64,000 nt of DNA from a virus, in IMG/VR virus record IMGVR_UViG_3300045988_153472. One strand, 5' to 3'. Under the pieces are notes generated by a model, which worked only from the letters and a program-made list of their open reading frames with translations, had not been told where the DNA came from and did not search any database. Both the position numbers and the translations under genes were made by a program. The first letter of the stretch is position 1. Each line of letters begins with the position of its first letter. Below are positions 1 to 10,348 of this stretch, piece by piece.

Positions 1-169
1 AAAATACCGGAGATTATCTGATAACCATTCTCTAAAATCATCCAAGTTCTTGTCCTCCTTATGAGTTACCGTTTGCTCCGTTCACTGCCGCCATACGATT
101 TCTGACAGTTCCCGATTCTGATAACTCCTGTGATACAACGCACCGGAACTGTACATACGTCCCAGGCAG

Positions 170-241
170 CACGCCTGAAGGGAATCGAACCCCCGCACAT
201 GGTACCGGAAACCACTGCTCTATCCACTGAGCTACAGGCGC
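170..241 (-). tRNA. tRNA-Arg (anticodon CCG)
   Basis: Cloverleaf read from the reverse complement: acceptor GCGCCTG/CAGGCGT (G1-U72 wobble), D-arm GCTC-AGTGGATA-GAGC, anticodon stem GTGGT/ACCAT with loop TTCCGGT, T-arm GGGGG-TTCGATT-CCCTT. Lies in a GC-richer stretch unlike the rest of the window. The overlapping ORF 66..314 is spurious. Confidence 0.7.
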
Positions 242-396
242 GTATCTTGAAAATCAATCTTTTGAAACCTTTGTAAATACTGAAAAGTATTGATTTTACT
301 GGCTTTAAAGCCACTTTATAAGAGATATTCAGTTGTCAAACTTGATACCTAGTCGTGTTAGTTTATACCCTTTTCACCCTATTAAATTTAATTCAT

Positions 397-450
397 AAGG
401 GGGAAATAAGGGGGAATATTTCATTTTCCGCATTGATAAGGGGGAAATAA
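397..450. repeat. Three direct copies of AAGGGGGAA(A)TA between the tRNA and the integrase; candidate integrase arm-type or att-associated sites
   Basis: Copies at 398-409, 409-420 and 438-450, read directly from the sequence. Position between a tRNA gene and a tyrosine integrase. Confidence 0.45.
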
Positions 451-577
451 TTATTGCTTCATCCTTATCCGTATGCTATAATTTACTTAACACATAATTC
501 ATATTATCATAATTTTGGAAAAAAGTAAAGTTTTTTATTTTGTAAGTAAAATTAGTGTAATTTTGTACAACGGAGGG

Positions 578-1777
578 ATGTATATGGCAAGAAGGGAAAA
601 AGGTTCAGGATCATGGGATACTGTAACAAAGAATGACATTACATACTATAGGTACCGTAAGAAATATAATGGTATGACAAGCCGGAAAGAATTTGTAGGA
701 AGGACAAAAGCTGATGTAAAACGCAAGATACAAGAATTTGAAGCTAAGAGTATGAGGGTTAACCAAAAAGATTATCGTAAGATGACTCTTGGGGAATGTA
801 TAGATAATATCCTGCAGACGTTGGAGCAGACTTTCAAGACAAATAACTATGCTACTCTTCAGTCTACAAATCGCTGCTATATTAAAACTAATCCGATTGC
901 TGATGTACAGATGGCTGCTATAGACAAGATTGTCATTCAAACATACTATACAAATATGTCGAAGAAATATTCTGAGAGCACTGTTAAAAAGACACGCACT
1001 CTTTTCAATATTGTTTTCGACTATCTTGTATCCTGTAACATTATCACAGAGAATCCTGCAAAAGGGATTAAGATGCCGCATAAGTCAAAATATGCAGTAC
1101 AGAAGAAAGAACACTCTTTCTTATCTTTAGAAGAGGCTGAGAAGTTTTATAAGACGGCTCTTATGAAAGCAGATTCTGCTTTACCAGGCGTAAGGACAGG
1201 TGATTACATCTATGGACGTAATGCCAGGTTCTGTCTGTTAGTTCTTTATACTGGTATGCGTATAGGAGAAGCTTATGCTCTCACATGGAAAGATATAGAT
1301 TTTAAGAATAATACCATTAACATAGATAAGACAATGGAGCGTATTAAAGTAGATGGCAAATATCAGTGGCTCATAGATACACCAAAGCGTCCTAAGTCAA
1401 TTAGAGTCATTCCTCTGGCAAATCGTGCAAAAGAACAGCTACTCTGGCTTAAAACTGTATCTCCTGGACTGAAAGCATCCGGAGATGATCACATATTCGT
1501 AACTGAAAATAATATTCCACCATCACAATCAACTCTTACCAGAACACTTAAAGCGATTCTCAAGAGAGCTGGCATCGAATCTAATGGCTTCGGCCTACAT
1601 GATCTTAGGCATTCGTTCGGATCTATGCTGCTGCAGAAAGGATGGGAACAGAACCAACCTGTAGATATCAAGGTAATATCAGAGATACTTGGACATGAAG
1701 ATGTTTCCACAACTTATAACATATATATGCATATCATGAATAAACATAAATCAGAAGTCATAAATTTACTTGATTAA
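578..1777 (+). CDS. int: Tyrosine recombinase / phage integrase
   Basis: C-terminal catalytic region has HDLRHSFGSML ... LGHEDVSTTYNIYMH (H-x-x-R ... Y nucleophile) and an upstream R box (GMRIGEAYALTWKDID). The likely start is the ATG at 578/584 after a GGAGGG RBS, not the long ORF start at 515. Next to a tRNA gene. Confidence 0.85.
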   Translation: MYMARREKGSGSWDTVTKNDITYYRYRKKYNGMTSRKEFVGRTKADVKRKIQEFEAKSMRVNQKDYRKMTLGECIDNILQTLEQTFKTNNYATLQSTNRCYIKTNPIADVQMAAIDKIVIQTYYTNMSKKYSESTVKKTRTLFNIVFDYLVSCNIITENPAKGIKMPHKSKYAVQKKEHSFLSLEEAEKFYKTALMKADSALPGVRTGDYIYGRNARFCLLVLYTGMRIGEAYALTWKDIDFKNNTINIDKTMERIKVDGKYQWLIDTPKRPKSIRVIPLANRAKEQLLWLKTVSPGLKASGDDHIFVTENNIPPSQSTLTRTLKAILKRAGIESNGFGLHDLRHSFGSMLLQKGWEQNQPVDIKVISEILGHEDVSTTYNIYMHIMNKHKSEVINLLD

Positions 1778-1821
1778 AAATAAGGGAGTTATATCATTTC
1801 GATATAGCTCCCATTTTTTTA

Positions 1822-2004
1822 CTATAAAAATATTGTTTTACGTATATTATCAGATATCCATTTAAGATACTTTTCTTTAGGAATCCTGTATGTATTTCCT
1901 ATTTTTATTTTAGGAAAAGAACTTAATTGAATAAGCTGATATGTTTTGTTGCGTCCTATTTTAAGATGTTTTTGTATATCTGTTGGAGTTAACATTTCAT
2001 CCAT
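1822..2004 (-). CDS. Small HTH DNA-binding protein, excisionase/AlpA-like
   Basis: About 60 aa, MDEMLTPTDIQKHLKIGRNKTYQLIQ..., helix-turn-helix pattern, convergent with and adjacent to the integrase. An internal Met start was chosen because the long ORF overlaps the upstream gene. Confidence 0.4.
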   Translation of the reverse strand: MDEMLTPTDIQKHLKIGRNKTYQLIQLSSFPKIKIGNTYRIPKEKYLKWISDNIRKTIFL

Positions 2005-2522
2005 TCCATACTCCTTTTGATTATATGAGCCATATTTAAAGGACTCCATGAATAGCCTTTATTTGAAATTACATAATCTACTTCATCCTTAATACCATCA
2101 AATTGACCCACATCAGATAGATTTCTCCTATAGGCTTCTTCTATGTCGTCACCACGTTCCAGAATTTTAATTAATCTATCCCTTCGAGGAACATCAATAT
2201 AGAAAGATATAATATGCAAATCTTTGTTCTTCTTTAATTGTCTGAGCCCATGAGGAGTCAAGACAACTATTTTATCATCTGTACAGTCTTCTTTGGCTGT
2301 TCCATATTGCCAACCATTGTAAGAAGCATGTTCAGCAAAAAGATCTTTTTCTATCATATCATTAAATTGCTCTTCTGTAATAAAATGATATGTTTCTCCA
2401 TCTACATCTTCTTTTCTCATAGGTCTAGTAGTATATGTAACTATTTTATTAAAACCTAAAGCAATAAGCTCTCTTTCAATAGAACTTTTACCTGATGCTG
2501 ATTCTCCTACAAGTACTATCAT
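1989..2522 (-). CDS. Guanylate kinase-like nucleoside monophosphate kinase
   Basis: P-loop GESASGKSS followed by TTRPMRKEDVDGETYHF, matching the guanylate kinase TTRPPR..E.DG.DYHF signature. Confidence 0.65.
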   Translation of the reverse strand: MIVLVGESASGKSSIERELIALGFNKIVTYTTRPMRKEDVDGETYHFITEEQFNDMIEKDLFAEHASYNGWQYGTAKEDCTDDKIVVLTPHGLRQLKKNKDLHIISFYIDVPRRDRLIKILERGDDIEEAYRRNLSDVGQFDGIKDEVDYVISNKGYSWSPLNMAHIIKRSMEWMKC

Positions 2523-3226
2523 GCGGCATTCTCCTTTGTATAAGTAATTAACTCCTTAGCATAAGGAAGAGTTAAAATCCAGTCACAAAACTGATGCCAT
2601 TCAGTTAATTTATGAGACTTCCTCTGAAAATACATAGAACGAAGATTCTCATAATTCAAACTGAGAGTTCTTGTCTGAAGCCATCCATTAGGTAACCAAC
2701 GTACTAAAGCTTTCCAATAACGCTTGTCTTTAGTCTCAAGATATTTCTGTCTATAATACTCACACTGATCAATAATAGCTGCTGGATCTTCAATCTCTGA
2801 ATTGAAATCGTCTGTTTCAAAACATTCCAAAGTAATAGGTGTACTAGCAAGTTTGTGCATTGTACTGGAACTATTAGCTACTGTTCCTACTTTGTATGTA
2901 TCGTACTCTTTCCACCAATAAAGCGGTGCTGTAATAGTAACAGCTACAGAAATCTGTCTTAAAAATTTTCTATGCTCTGGTCCGGCACTGATAAGTCTCT
3001 GACATAAATCCATATCGTTTGGGCCAATAATATAATCCATCATATCACAGTTATAATCTTCGTATACACAAGGACAATGATCGCATTCTTTATCAATACA
3101 ATTAGTACTATCACTCTTACTATGAGACATTAACGGCAGTCTCATTCCATAAAGTGCTTCTTCAAAGTTATATACATGTGTTCTTTCAAATTTCATGTTA
3201 AACCCTCCACTTTTTAATAGCTTCAT
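2519..3226 (-). CDS. ThyX-fold (flavin-dependent thymidylate synthase-like) protein lacking the canonical RHR motif
   Basis: The segment GPEHRKFLRQISVAVTITAPLYWWKEYDTYKVGTVANSSSTMH aligns by eye with ThyX [38 protein letters not shown]. The RHR position reads TYK. Confidence 0.35.
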   Translation of the reverse strand: MKLLKSGGFNMKFERTHVYNFEEALYGMRLPLMSHSKSDSTNCIDKECDHCPCVYEDYNCDMMDYIIGPNDMDLCQRLISAGPEHRKFLRQISVAVTITAPLYWWKEYDTYKVGTVANSSSTMHKLASTPITLECFETDDFNSEIEDPAAIIDQCEYYRQKYLETKDKRYWKALVRWLPNGWLQTRTLSLNYENLRSMYFQRKSHKLTEWHQFCDWILTLPYAKELITYTKENAA

Positions 3227-3517
3227 TAAAAATTTCTATATCTATTTCTGGACCCATAATATTTATGTCAATATCTTTTGGTAATCCAAAAGATAAGACT
3301 CCCAGAATAGACTTTAAATCAATAACATATCTTCCGAACTGTGCATCAATATCACAATTTTTAAATCTATTGGCAATACTGACAATTTCTGTAGCATCTG
3401 TCGAATCATTTAGTCGAATTTTCATCTTTATCCTTTCTTTTTGTTAAATAGTATGATATAGTGTAGATGGTTGTTCTATACACTTCACTTGTACACAACC
3501 AACACACATTTTTCTTT

Positions 3518-3554
3518 AGAGGCACTCTATTCAGTGCCTCTATTTTTTATTTAT
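3518..3554 (+). terminator. Intrinsic-terminator-like hairpin plus T-run in the plus-strand orientation
   Basis: AGAGGCACT-CTATTC-AGTGCCTCT followed by ATTTTTTATTTAT. In the minus orientation the hairpin is followed by an A-rich tract, so it would only act as a terminator for plus-strand transcripts. Confidence 0.4.
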
Positions 3555-4062
3555 CTGTACTTCCAAATCCACCATTACGAGTACCCTCAGTTTTATCATC
3601 TTCTGTAATTCCATAAGGTAAGAAAATCCCCTGACAGAAGCCATCACCTTTAGCTACTTTCATAGTTTTAACCCCTTCATTGGTAATTTTAACCATAATA
3701 TGCCCTTCGTTATCTGAATAGAAATAATCACTGTCAATGATGCCAACTGTGTTCTCAAGCCTTATTCTATATTTAAAACCTAAACCACTTCTTGGAAACA
3801 ACATTAGTACCCAATCATTGTTCATTCCGCAACGAATACCAGTTGGAATCTTAATTGTTTCTCCCGGCTCTAACACAAATGACAATGGTGAATAGAAGTC
3901 ATAGCCAGCACTACCTTTAGTTGCTCTCTGAGGAAGTTCAATAGGGTAATATGCATCTTTAATTGTTTTATCAGTAATCATTGATGGCTTACTGAATGAA
4001 TCTTTCCATGCTGTTTCAAACTGTTCATAAGATACTTTTTCAAATTTTGCAACTCTTTTCAT
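3547..4062 (-). CDS. dUTPase / dCTP deaminase-fold protein
   Basis: KGSAGYDFYSP and RSGLGFKYRIRLENTVGIIDSDY resemble trimeric dUTPase motifs (SAGYDL, GxIDSDY). Confidence 0.6.
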   Translation of the reverse strand: MKRVAKFEKVSYEQFETAWKDSFSKPSMITDKTIKDAYYPIELPQRATKGSAGYDFYSPLSFVLEPGETIKIPTGIRCGMNNDWVLMLFPRSGLGFKYRIRLENTVGIIDSDYFYSDNEGHIMVKITNEGVKTMKVAKGDGFCQGIFLPYGITEDDKTEGTRNGGFGSTDK

Positions 4063-6349
4063 TTACAAATCTCCTTTTTTAAATATTCAATATATTTGTC
4101 CCATTCACCTAATGAATGGATATATTCTTTAGTTTTTAAACATTTTTTCTTCATATCTTTTTTCAAATCAATTGTCCTATACTGCTTACTTTTTTGAAGT
4201 TTATTGGTCAAAAAAGCGTCAGTTACCCTAGAGACTAACAAGTAATCCTTGTTGTCCATAGAATCCAAAATAGCATTGTATTCTGCTAAATCTTCCTCAG
4301 GAATAGGGTAATCACATTTGGGTAAGTTCTTAGTCGAGAAAGGACTAATATCTGATCCTGCAGTTGCAGGTTTAAGAAAAGATGCTACGTATTCTAACTT
4401 ACGAGCATGGAACTTAAATTCTATTTCTTTATCATTTTCCATGATACTTCGTACAGTTCCTTCATCTTCAAGTGCTTTGTATAATTCTTCATAAGTCTTA
4501 TATTCCGGCAACCCAATATCATTAGCTATAGCTTTTAAAATATTGTGTCCTCTTCCTATAGATGGGATATAAGCTACAAGAGTAGAAAAACCATAATGAT
4601 ATATCTGAGCACCACCATAGCATTTGATATAAATATCATCAAAACTTGGGTCTATTCCTCCAGAGTCATCTCTGGGATAATCATTGGTACTTTGATCTAT
4701 TGCAGCTTTTAGTCTGTAAGTACCTTTATATTTCATTAGATATTTTGCCATTTAAAAACCTCTTTAGAATCAGTTCCTTTCTTAAATCCAAAGAACGGAA
4801 CATCTTCTTTAAAAGTATAATCATCATTAATATAGTAACAAGGATGTTCTTTTGTCTTTATAAGGAAGCATTCCTCTTGCGTTAACTCACAACAATTAAA
4901 CAAATAACTTTCTCTGTAATAATCACAATTGTAACAATTCATTAAATCACTGTCCTATCATTTCCTTAGTAATTTCTTTATATTTTGCTTTATAACCATA
5001 CTCCCATTTTGAATTTAAAATTATAAGAACAGAATTTTCTACATTATTAGAAAATCCAATTAAACAGTTTGCGTATTCATACTCCCTATCTTTATCGAAA
5101 TCATAAGGATTTGAAATTTTTACCGTTCTAATTTCTTTTAGCTTTTTAATACACGCATTATGACTATATGATGATGATGGTAATGTCACCAAATAATACT
5201 TTCTATTTCTCCAATCCATAATTATTTCCTAAACTCCTCTGCTAAAATTTCAAATTCCACATCATCATGCAACTTTCCATCCATTAATTTACATATTTGT
5301 TTATGATAAGCACACTCTCTGCCGCCATGCTCCTTAATAAAATTTCTGTACCCACGAATAGCCGGATTGTCTGCTATACAGCTCCAACAAAGTCTATTCA
5401 AATGGTATTTCTCAAAGATGTCACATATGATTTGATATAAATCTTTAGCAAATAATACATTACCTTTATCAAAACTAATTGCACCAAAACGATCAGCGCT
5501 CATTGTTACAAAGCTAACAGAATATGAAATATATCCTAATATATTGCCGTCATTGTCAACAGAAACAAAATGATGAGAATCATAATTGTTGTCTGGAATA
5601 TCCGGTTCTTCAACTCCAGACCAACCAGAATAATACATATATTCTTCGTTGTACCAAGTCTCTATATATTTCTTTTTTATTTCTTCTTTATATAATTGTG
5701 CTGGTTTGATCATTCTCTATTCCTCATATTGTCTTAACTCATTGATAAAGGTAACAAAAACGCCCACAGGCACCATGGCGATTCTGTAATTTTCATGCCT
5801 ATTATTACTGCTACTGCAGTTGAAATCCATGCTATTGCTTTTGCAAATTCCATATATTAATTCTCCTTTAATACCATAATAACTGCATTACACATACCAA
5901 TAATTCTTTGAAATTTTTCATCCTTCATACGAGCATTTGCGCTAGATATCTCATATCCATTTTTCGCAAGCTCTTTTATTTCAGACATCCATTCTACAAC
6001 AATATTACTGCCAGATTTTTCTTTAAGCTGATTTTCAGCATACATTCTTTCTTTATCAATAACTTCTTTATCAATCATTGTTAATATTCCTCATAGTCAG
6101 TCTCATCACTGATATTTAATTTATGTTTCTCAGCTTCATGTACTTTATTCAATGCGACTTTTTTACTATCAAATACTACTTCTCCTACAGTATTAAATCC
6201 TAAGAGATACTCATGTTTATCTCTTTTATCCATACCTACAAAGTAGGTGTCTGTAACTGTACGAACAGTTAAGTCACAGACATCATAAATACCTACTGTA
6301 GGAAAAATTCTTGTATAATAGAGCTTGTCACCTTTTTCTATTACTTTCA

Positions 6350-8599
6350 TTAATCACATTTACTCCATCCACAATTCTTGCAAGTATTACAGCCACCTTC
6401 AAAAACTAATTCTCCACCACACTGAGGACATTTCGCCTTAGAAACTGGTACAATCTTAGGTGTAATAACTTCTAATTCTTTTTCTTCAACATCTGAAAAA
6501 CCTACTTCATCCATCATCTCTTCATACATTTCAAGAAGAGCATTTCCAATAGCTACAGGGCAACTGCTGCCTTTAGATGTATCGTGTTTAGTAGCTGTTC
6601 TAACCGCATATGATGGACAGGTACCAGAAGATTTTAACTGATCTACTATGGAATAAACATCAATTCCGCCTCTAGCTGCCAAAGAAATCATTCTCGAAAG
6701 TCCAATCATAAAATTATTACACCCACCGGAAGACCCTTTACTGAAATAAGTTTCAAGCAACTGGCCATTGTCTGGATCAAAGAAAGCTTCACAATGGAGT
6801 GTTCCACAACCTGTCCTAAGAGTTCTCTTTTTGCCAATGCAATTATCATCTGCTTTGATGATCATTCCTCTTTCTAATCTGTGAGGTTTTTCTACAATAT
6901 CTTCTACATTCTCTTTAATAGTAAGAATACCTGCACGTTTACATCCATCTCTAAAGATAGTTACACCTTTTAATCCTGCATCCCATGCAGTCATGTATAA
7001 TCCTTCCACCTGTTCAACTGTAAAATCATTTGGAACATTAACAGTAGAACTGATAGATGCATCAATGTGTGACTGCCAAATACTTTGCATATAGATTCTG
7101 TTCTTATAATCCAGTGTCTGAGCTGTTACAAAGTAATCTGGTAATTCAGAATCATCTTTTAATCCATGTTTATCCATATATTCTTTTACAATTGGAGTGT
7201 AGACTTTATAATATTCATCATGACCTTTAAGAGACTCTGTTTTTCTTGTATAGTAGTTTGCAAAAATAGGTTCAATACCACCAGACACACCAAGCATAGT
7301 TGAAAGAGATCCAGTTGGTGCAATTGTAAGTAACTGAGAGTTTCTAAGTCCAAATGATTCTACTAATTCTTTTGTTTCTCCTAATGCATTTTTACTATAA
7401 AACGCTGATTGTTCTACCGCTTCTGGTTTATATTTAGGATATACACCATATTCTTTTGCTAACACAGCAGATGTTTTAATTGCCATATCTGCCATAGTAT
7501 GTCCAATCATGTCACATAAATCAATGGCTTCTGGACTACCATATTTAATTCCCAGTTTAATAAGCAAATCGGCAAGACCAAAGATTCCAAGTCCAATCTG
7601 TCTCCAATCATATACAGATTCTCTTTGTTCTTTTAATGGATGGAGTGGAAGTCCTTCATCTAATACTTCATTTAATGCAATAACAGACGATTTGACACAA
7701 TGCTTAAAACTCTCAAAATCAAATCCTGTATCACATGCAAATTCAGCTAGGTTAATGCTACCAAGAAGGCATGAACCTCCCGCTGGCAAAGGTTCTTCTG
7801 CGCATGGATTTGTTCCTGCATATTCAAACTCATCATCACAACTAAGTAAATTCCAGTTATTGATTCTGTCCCAGAAAAGCATTCCAGGTTCAGCATAATC
7901 CCAGTTCATTTCACACATTTTATGGAACATTTCATATGCATCAATTTCTTTAGTGATGGTTTCTCCTGTTTCTAACCTAGTAAATGATAAAGTAAATGGA
8001 GTTTTATTCTTTACCGCAGCCATAAACTTGTCTGTAATTCTAATAGAAATATTAGCTTTTGTGACTCTATCAAGGTCTGATTTAATACCAATAAACTCTT
8101 CTAAGTCTGGATGCTCACATGAAAGACTAAGCATTAAAGCTCCTCTACGTCCCGCTTGCCCGATTAATCCAGTAACCATAGAATATAAGTCCATAAATGA
8201 TACAGAACCAGTTGTTTCTTTAGCGGCATTATTGACCTTTGCACCTCTTGGAGATAATTTACTAATATCAACTCCACATCCACCACCATAGCTATATGTA
8301 CGAGCAAGTTTTTTAGCGCAGTCAAAGATACTTTCAATATTGTCTTCCGGTGGTTCAATTACATAGCAATTACTGAGACTAATTTTACGTCCTTTATTCT
8401 CAAGACCTCTATTAGCAAGAATGCGACCTCCAAATAAGAACTTTTTCTCTTTAATTAAATTAGCAATTTCTGAATTTCCACCAGATACACGATTAATCCA
8501 CTCATCAAAAGTTTCATTTTCATATCTGTATTTTCTTTCCCAAATGTCTTGTCCTAATTGATTCTCTGTTCCTAACCATTCCTGTACTGTCATACACAT
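6350..8599 (-). CDS. nrdJ: Ribonucleotide reductase large subunit, class II (NrdJ)-like
   Basis: 749 aa. Active-site region GTNPCAEEPLPAGGSCLLGSINL (NPC[AG]E motif) and a C-terminal Cys-rich Zn-ribbon tail CPQCGGELVFEGGCNTCKNCGWSKC. No glycyl-radical motif and no NrdB-like neighbour in the window. Class assignment is inference. Confidence 0.6.
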   Translation of the reverse strand: MCMTVQEWLGTENQLGQDIWERKYRYENETFDEWINRVSGGNSEIANLIKEKKFLFGGRILANRGLENKGRKISLSNCYVIEPPEDNIESIFDCAKKLARTYSYGGGCGVDISKLSPRGAKVNNAAKETTGSVSFMDLYSMVTGLIGQAGRRGALMLSLSCEHPDLEEFIGIKSDLDRVTKANISIRITDKFMAAVKNKTPFTLSFTRLETGETITKEIDAYEMFHKMCEMNWDYAEPGMLFWDRINNWNLLSCDDEFEYAGTNPCAEEPLPAGGSCLLGSINLAEFACDTGFDFESFKHCVKSSVIALNEVLDEGLPLHPLKEQRESVYDWRQIGLGIFGLADLLIKLGIKYGSPEAIDLCDMIGHTMADMAIKTSAVLAKEYGVYPKYKPEAVEQSAFYSKNALGETKELVESFGLRNSQLLTIAPTGSLSTMLGVSGGIEPIFANYYTRKTESLKGHDEYYKVYTPIVKEYMDKHGLKDDSELPDYFVTAQTLDYKNRIYMQSIWQSHIDASISSTVNVPNDFTVEQVEGLYMTAWDAGLKGVTIFRDGCKRAGILTIKENVEDIVEKPHRLERGMIIKADDNCIGKKRTLRTGCGTLHCEAFFDPDNGQLLETYFSKGSSGGCNNFMIGLSRMISLAARGGIDVYSIVDQLKSSGTCPSYAVRTATKHDTSKGSSCPVAIGNALLEMYEEMMDEVGFSDVEEKELEVITPKIVPVSKAKCPQCGGELVFEGGCNTCKNCGWSKCD

Positions 8600-8604
8600 T
8601 CTCC

Positions 8605-9030
8605 TTAATCGTAATAATTAATAATATAATCAACAGCTTCTTCAAGAGTATCAAACACTACATCACAATCTTCAGGAAGCCATTCATATACATTCTGTTT
8701 CCCAAATCCAATAACAGGTATCCCTTTATCAACTGCATATTGTAATTCCTGTCCAGTTCCCACAGAATTTTCAGTATTATTAAGGTTTACTAAAATCAAA
8801 TCACTATTGGCGATGAGATACTTTATATAGAAATTTTTTGTCTGCTTGGCTGTAATAGATTTAGAGCCATCTCTAGGAAAATACTCTGTTGGATCATATA
8901 AGTGATATGCAATAAGATCTAAATACTTTTGTGCTAAAATAAATCTCTCAAAAGCTTCATTCCTCCAAGATGTCCCTTCATCAACTAATCCTTTGCAAGC
9001 ACCAGCTAAATAAATATTTAATCTTTTCAT
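8605..9030 (-). CDS. Nucleoside 2-deoxyribosyltransferase / DNPH1-like protein
   Basis: IYLAGAC near the N-terminus and NTENSVGTGQELQYAVDKGIPVIGF resemble the PF05014 family (IYLAGPF ... GTAFEIGYAxALGKPVI). Confidence 0.5.
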   Translation of the reverse strand: MKRLNIYLAGACKGLVDEGTSWRNEAFERFILAQKYLDLIAYHLYDPTEYFPRDGSKSITAKQTKNFYIKYLIANSDLILVNLNNTENSVGTGQELQYAVDKGIPVIGFGKQNVYEWLPEDCDVVFDTLEEAVDYIINYYD

Positions 9031-10348
9031 TTTATTCCTCCATCATATATTTAATAAACAAAGCTGCATCATCAGGGTTCTCACAATGCAATTCAAGAGT
9101 ATCTAATAAAGTGTCCCCTGACTGTACCAAAGCAGTTAAAACAAATCTGCATAACTGACTGTTAAGGACAATATTGTCACCTTCCGGTGAGACAATATCT
9201 ACTCTTCCTTTACATTTATCTACTACTTTAAAAAATGATTCAAAATCTTTAATTCTATTAATTTTCACTCTTGTCCTCCTTATCTCTCAAATCATCTTTT
9301 CTAAACATACTGCGTAATCAACTTTTCGTGAAATTTCATTGAATACTACATTCTCAGATACTTTGCCAACATACCAAAAATAAGGACTAATACCTTCGTT
9401 CATTTTTTCTGCTAATTTATCTGCTCTTTCCTGGTGCTCATATGCTATATTGCCATATTTAAGTTTCTCTGAATCCCATACAGTATTCCCTATCTTTGTT
9501 TTAAATGTTAAATATGATTCATACTCTTTAATATATTCTCTAACTACCGAAAGCATTTTAGGGATATTTTCTTCTAGCACTGGATCACCAATAAATTCCA
9601 CTGGATACACGACAATGATGTTGATATGTGGCGGTTCCATACTAGCAACTTCTTTTACACAAAAGTTTTTGTCATCTAAAACTATTATTTTAGTTACCTC
9701 CCTTCTACTAATTCAAATTCTTCTTTAAATTCTTCGTCTGTATAGCAATTCCATGTATAATCTTCTAATCCTAAAACATACCACCGATTATAGAAGTAAT
9801 ATGTTCTATACCAACCGAGATGTTCAACAATACAATGCCTGTCATTATCTTCTTTGATAAATATATGTTCACCATCAATATTAGGCTCAAATATTTTCAA
9901 AACTTCTTCTCGATTTTGTTTTGTTAAATATATACACTCATATTGTTCTTTCCTCACACATTTCATTGTTATCTCCTATGAATAATTGAAAATCATTAGC
10001 TTCACAACAAGCTGCTTTATATAGAGTAGCCATAGAAAATACTTCTCCTGGCTGGAATCTATCTACTTCTTTGTATCTATAACAGGATTCTTTTTTAGGA
10101 CAATCCACTAACTCTCCTGCACAGAAAGTAATATCGTGACTAAACGCCATAATACCCGCCTCCCATCGGTTCATTAATAAATTCATCTATTGATCTATAG
10201 TCTTTAAGCATAGCAATTGCTCTACATAAGATGCCTTCTATTTCACAATATTGAGCGCTATCAGCAATATCTGATAATCTATCAATCACCTGTGTAATTG
10301 TCATATTCTTATATGATGGCTCTTTGTATTCATCCATATTTATACCTC

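Noticed and set aside
66-314. 82-aa minus-strand ORF
   Set aside because: It overlaps tRNA-Arg entirely and lies in the GC-richer flank. There is no RBS and the composition is low-complexity, so it is an artefact of the ORF scan.
611-1081. Antisense ORFs embedded in long genes (for example 611..1081 inside int, 7509..7898 and 7953..8291 inside the RNR gene, 34083..34451 and 35661..36026 inside the ATPase gene, 28949..29296 and 28959..29282 inside the SPFH gene)
   Set aside because: They are fully nested opposite clear, motif-bearing genes. The basic Lys/Arg-rich 28959..29282 frame is the typical alternate-frame artefact of an Ala/Lys/Glu coiled-coil gene.
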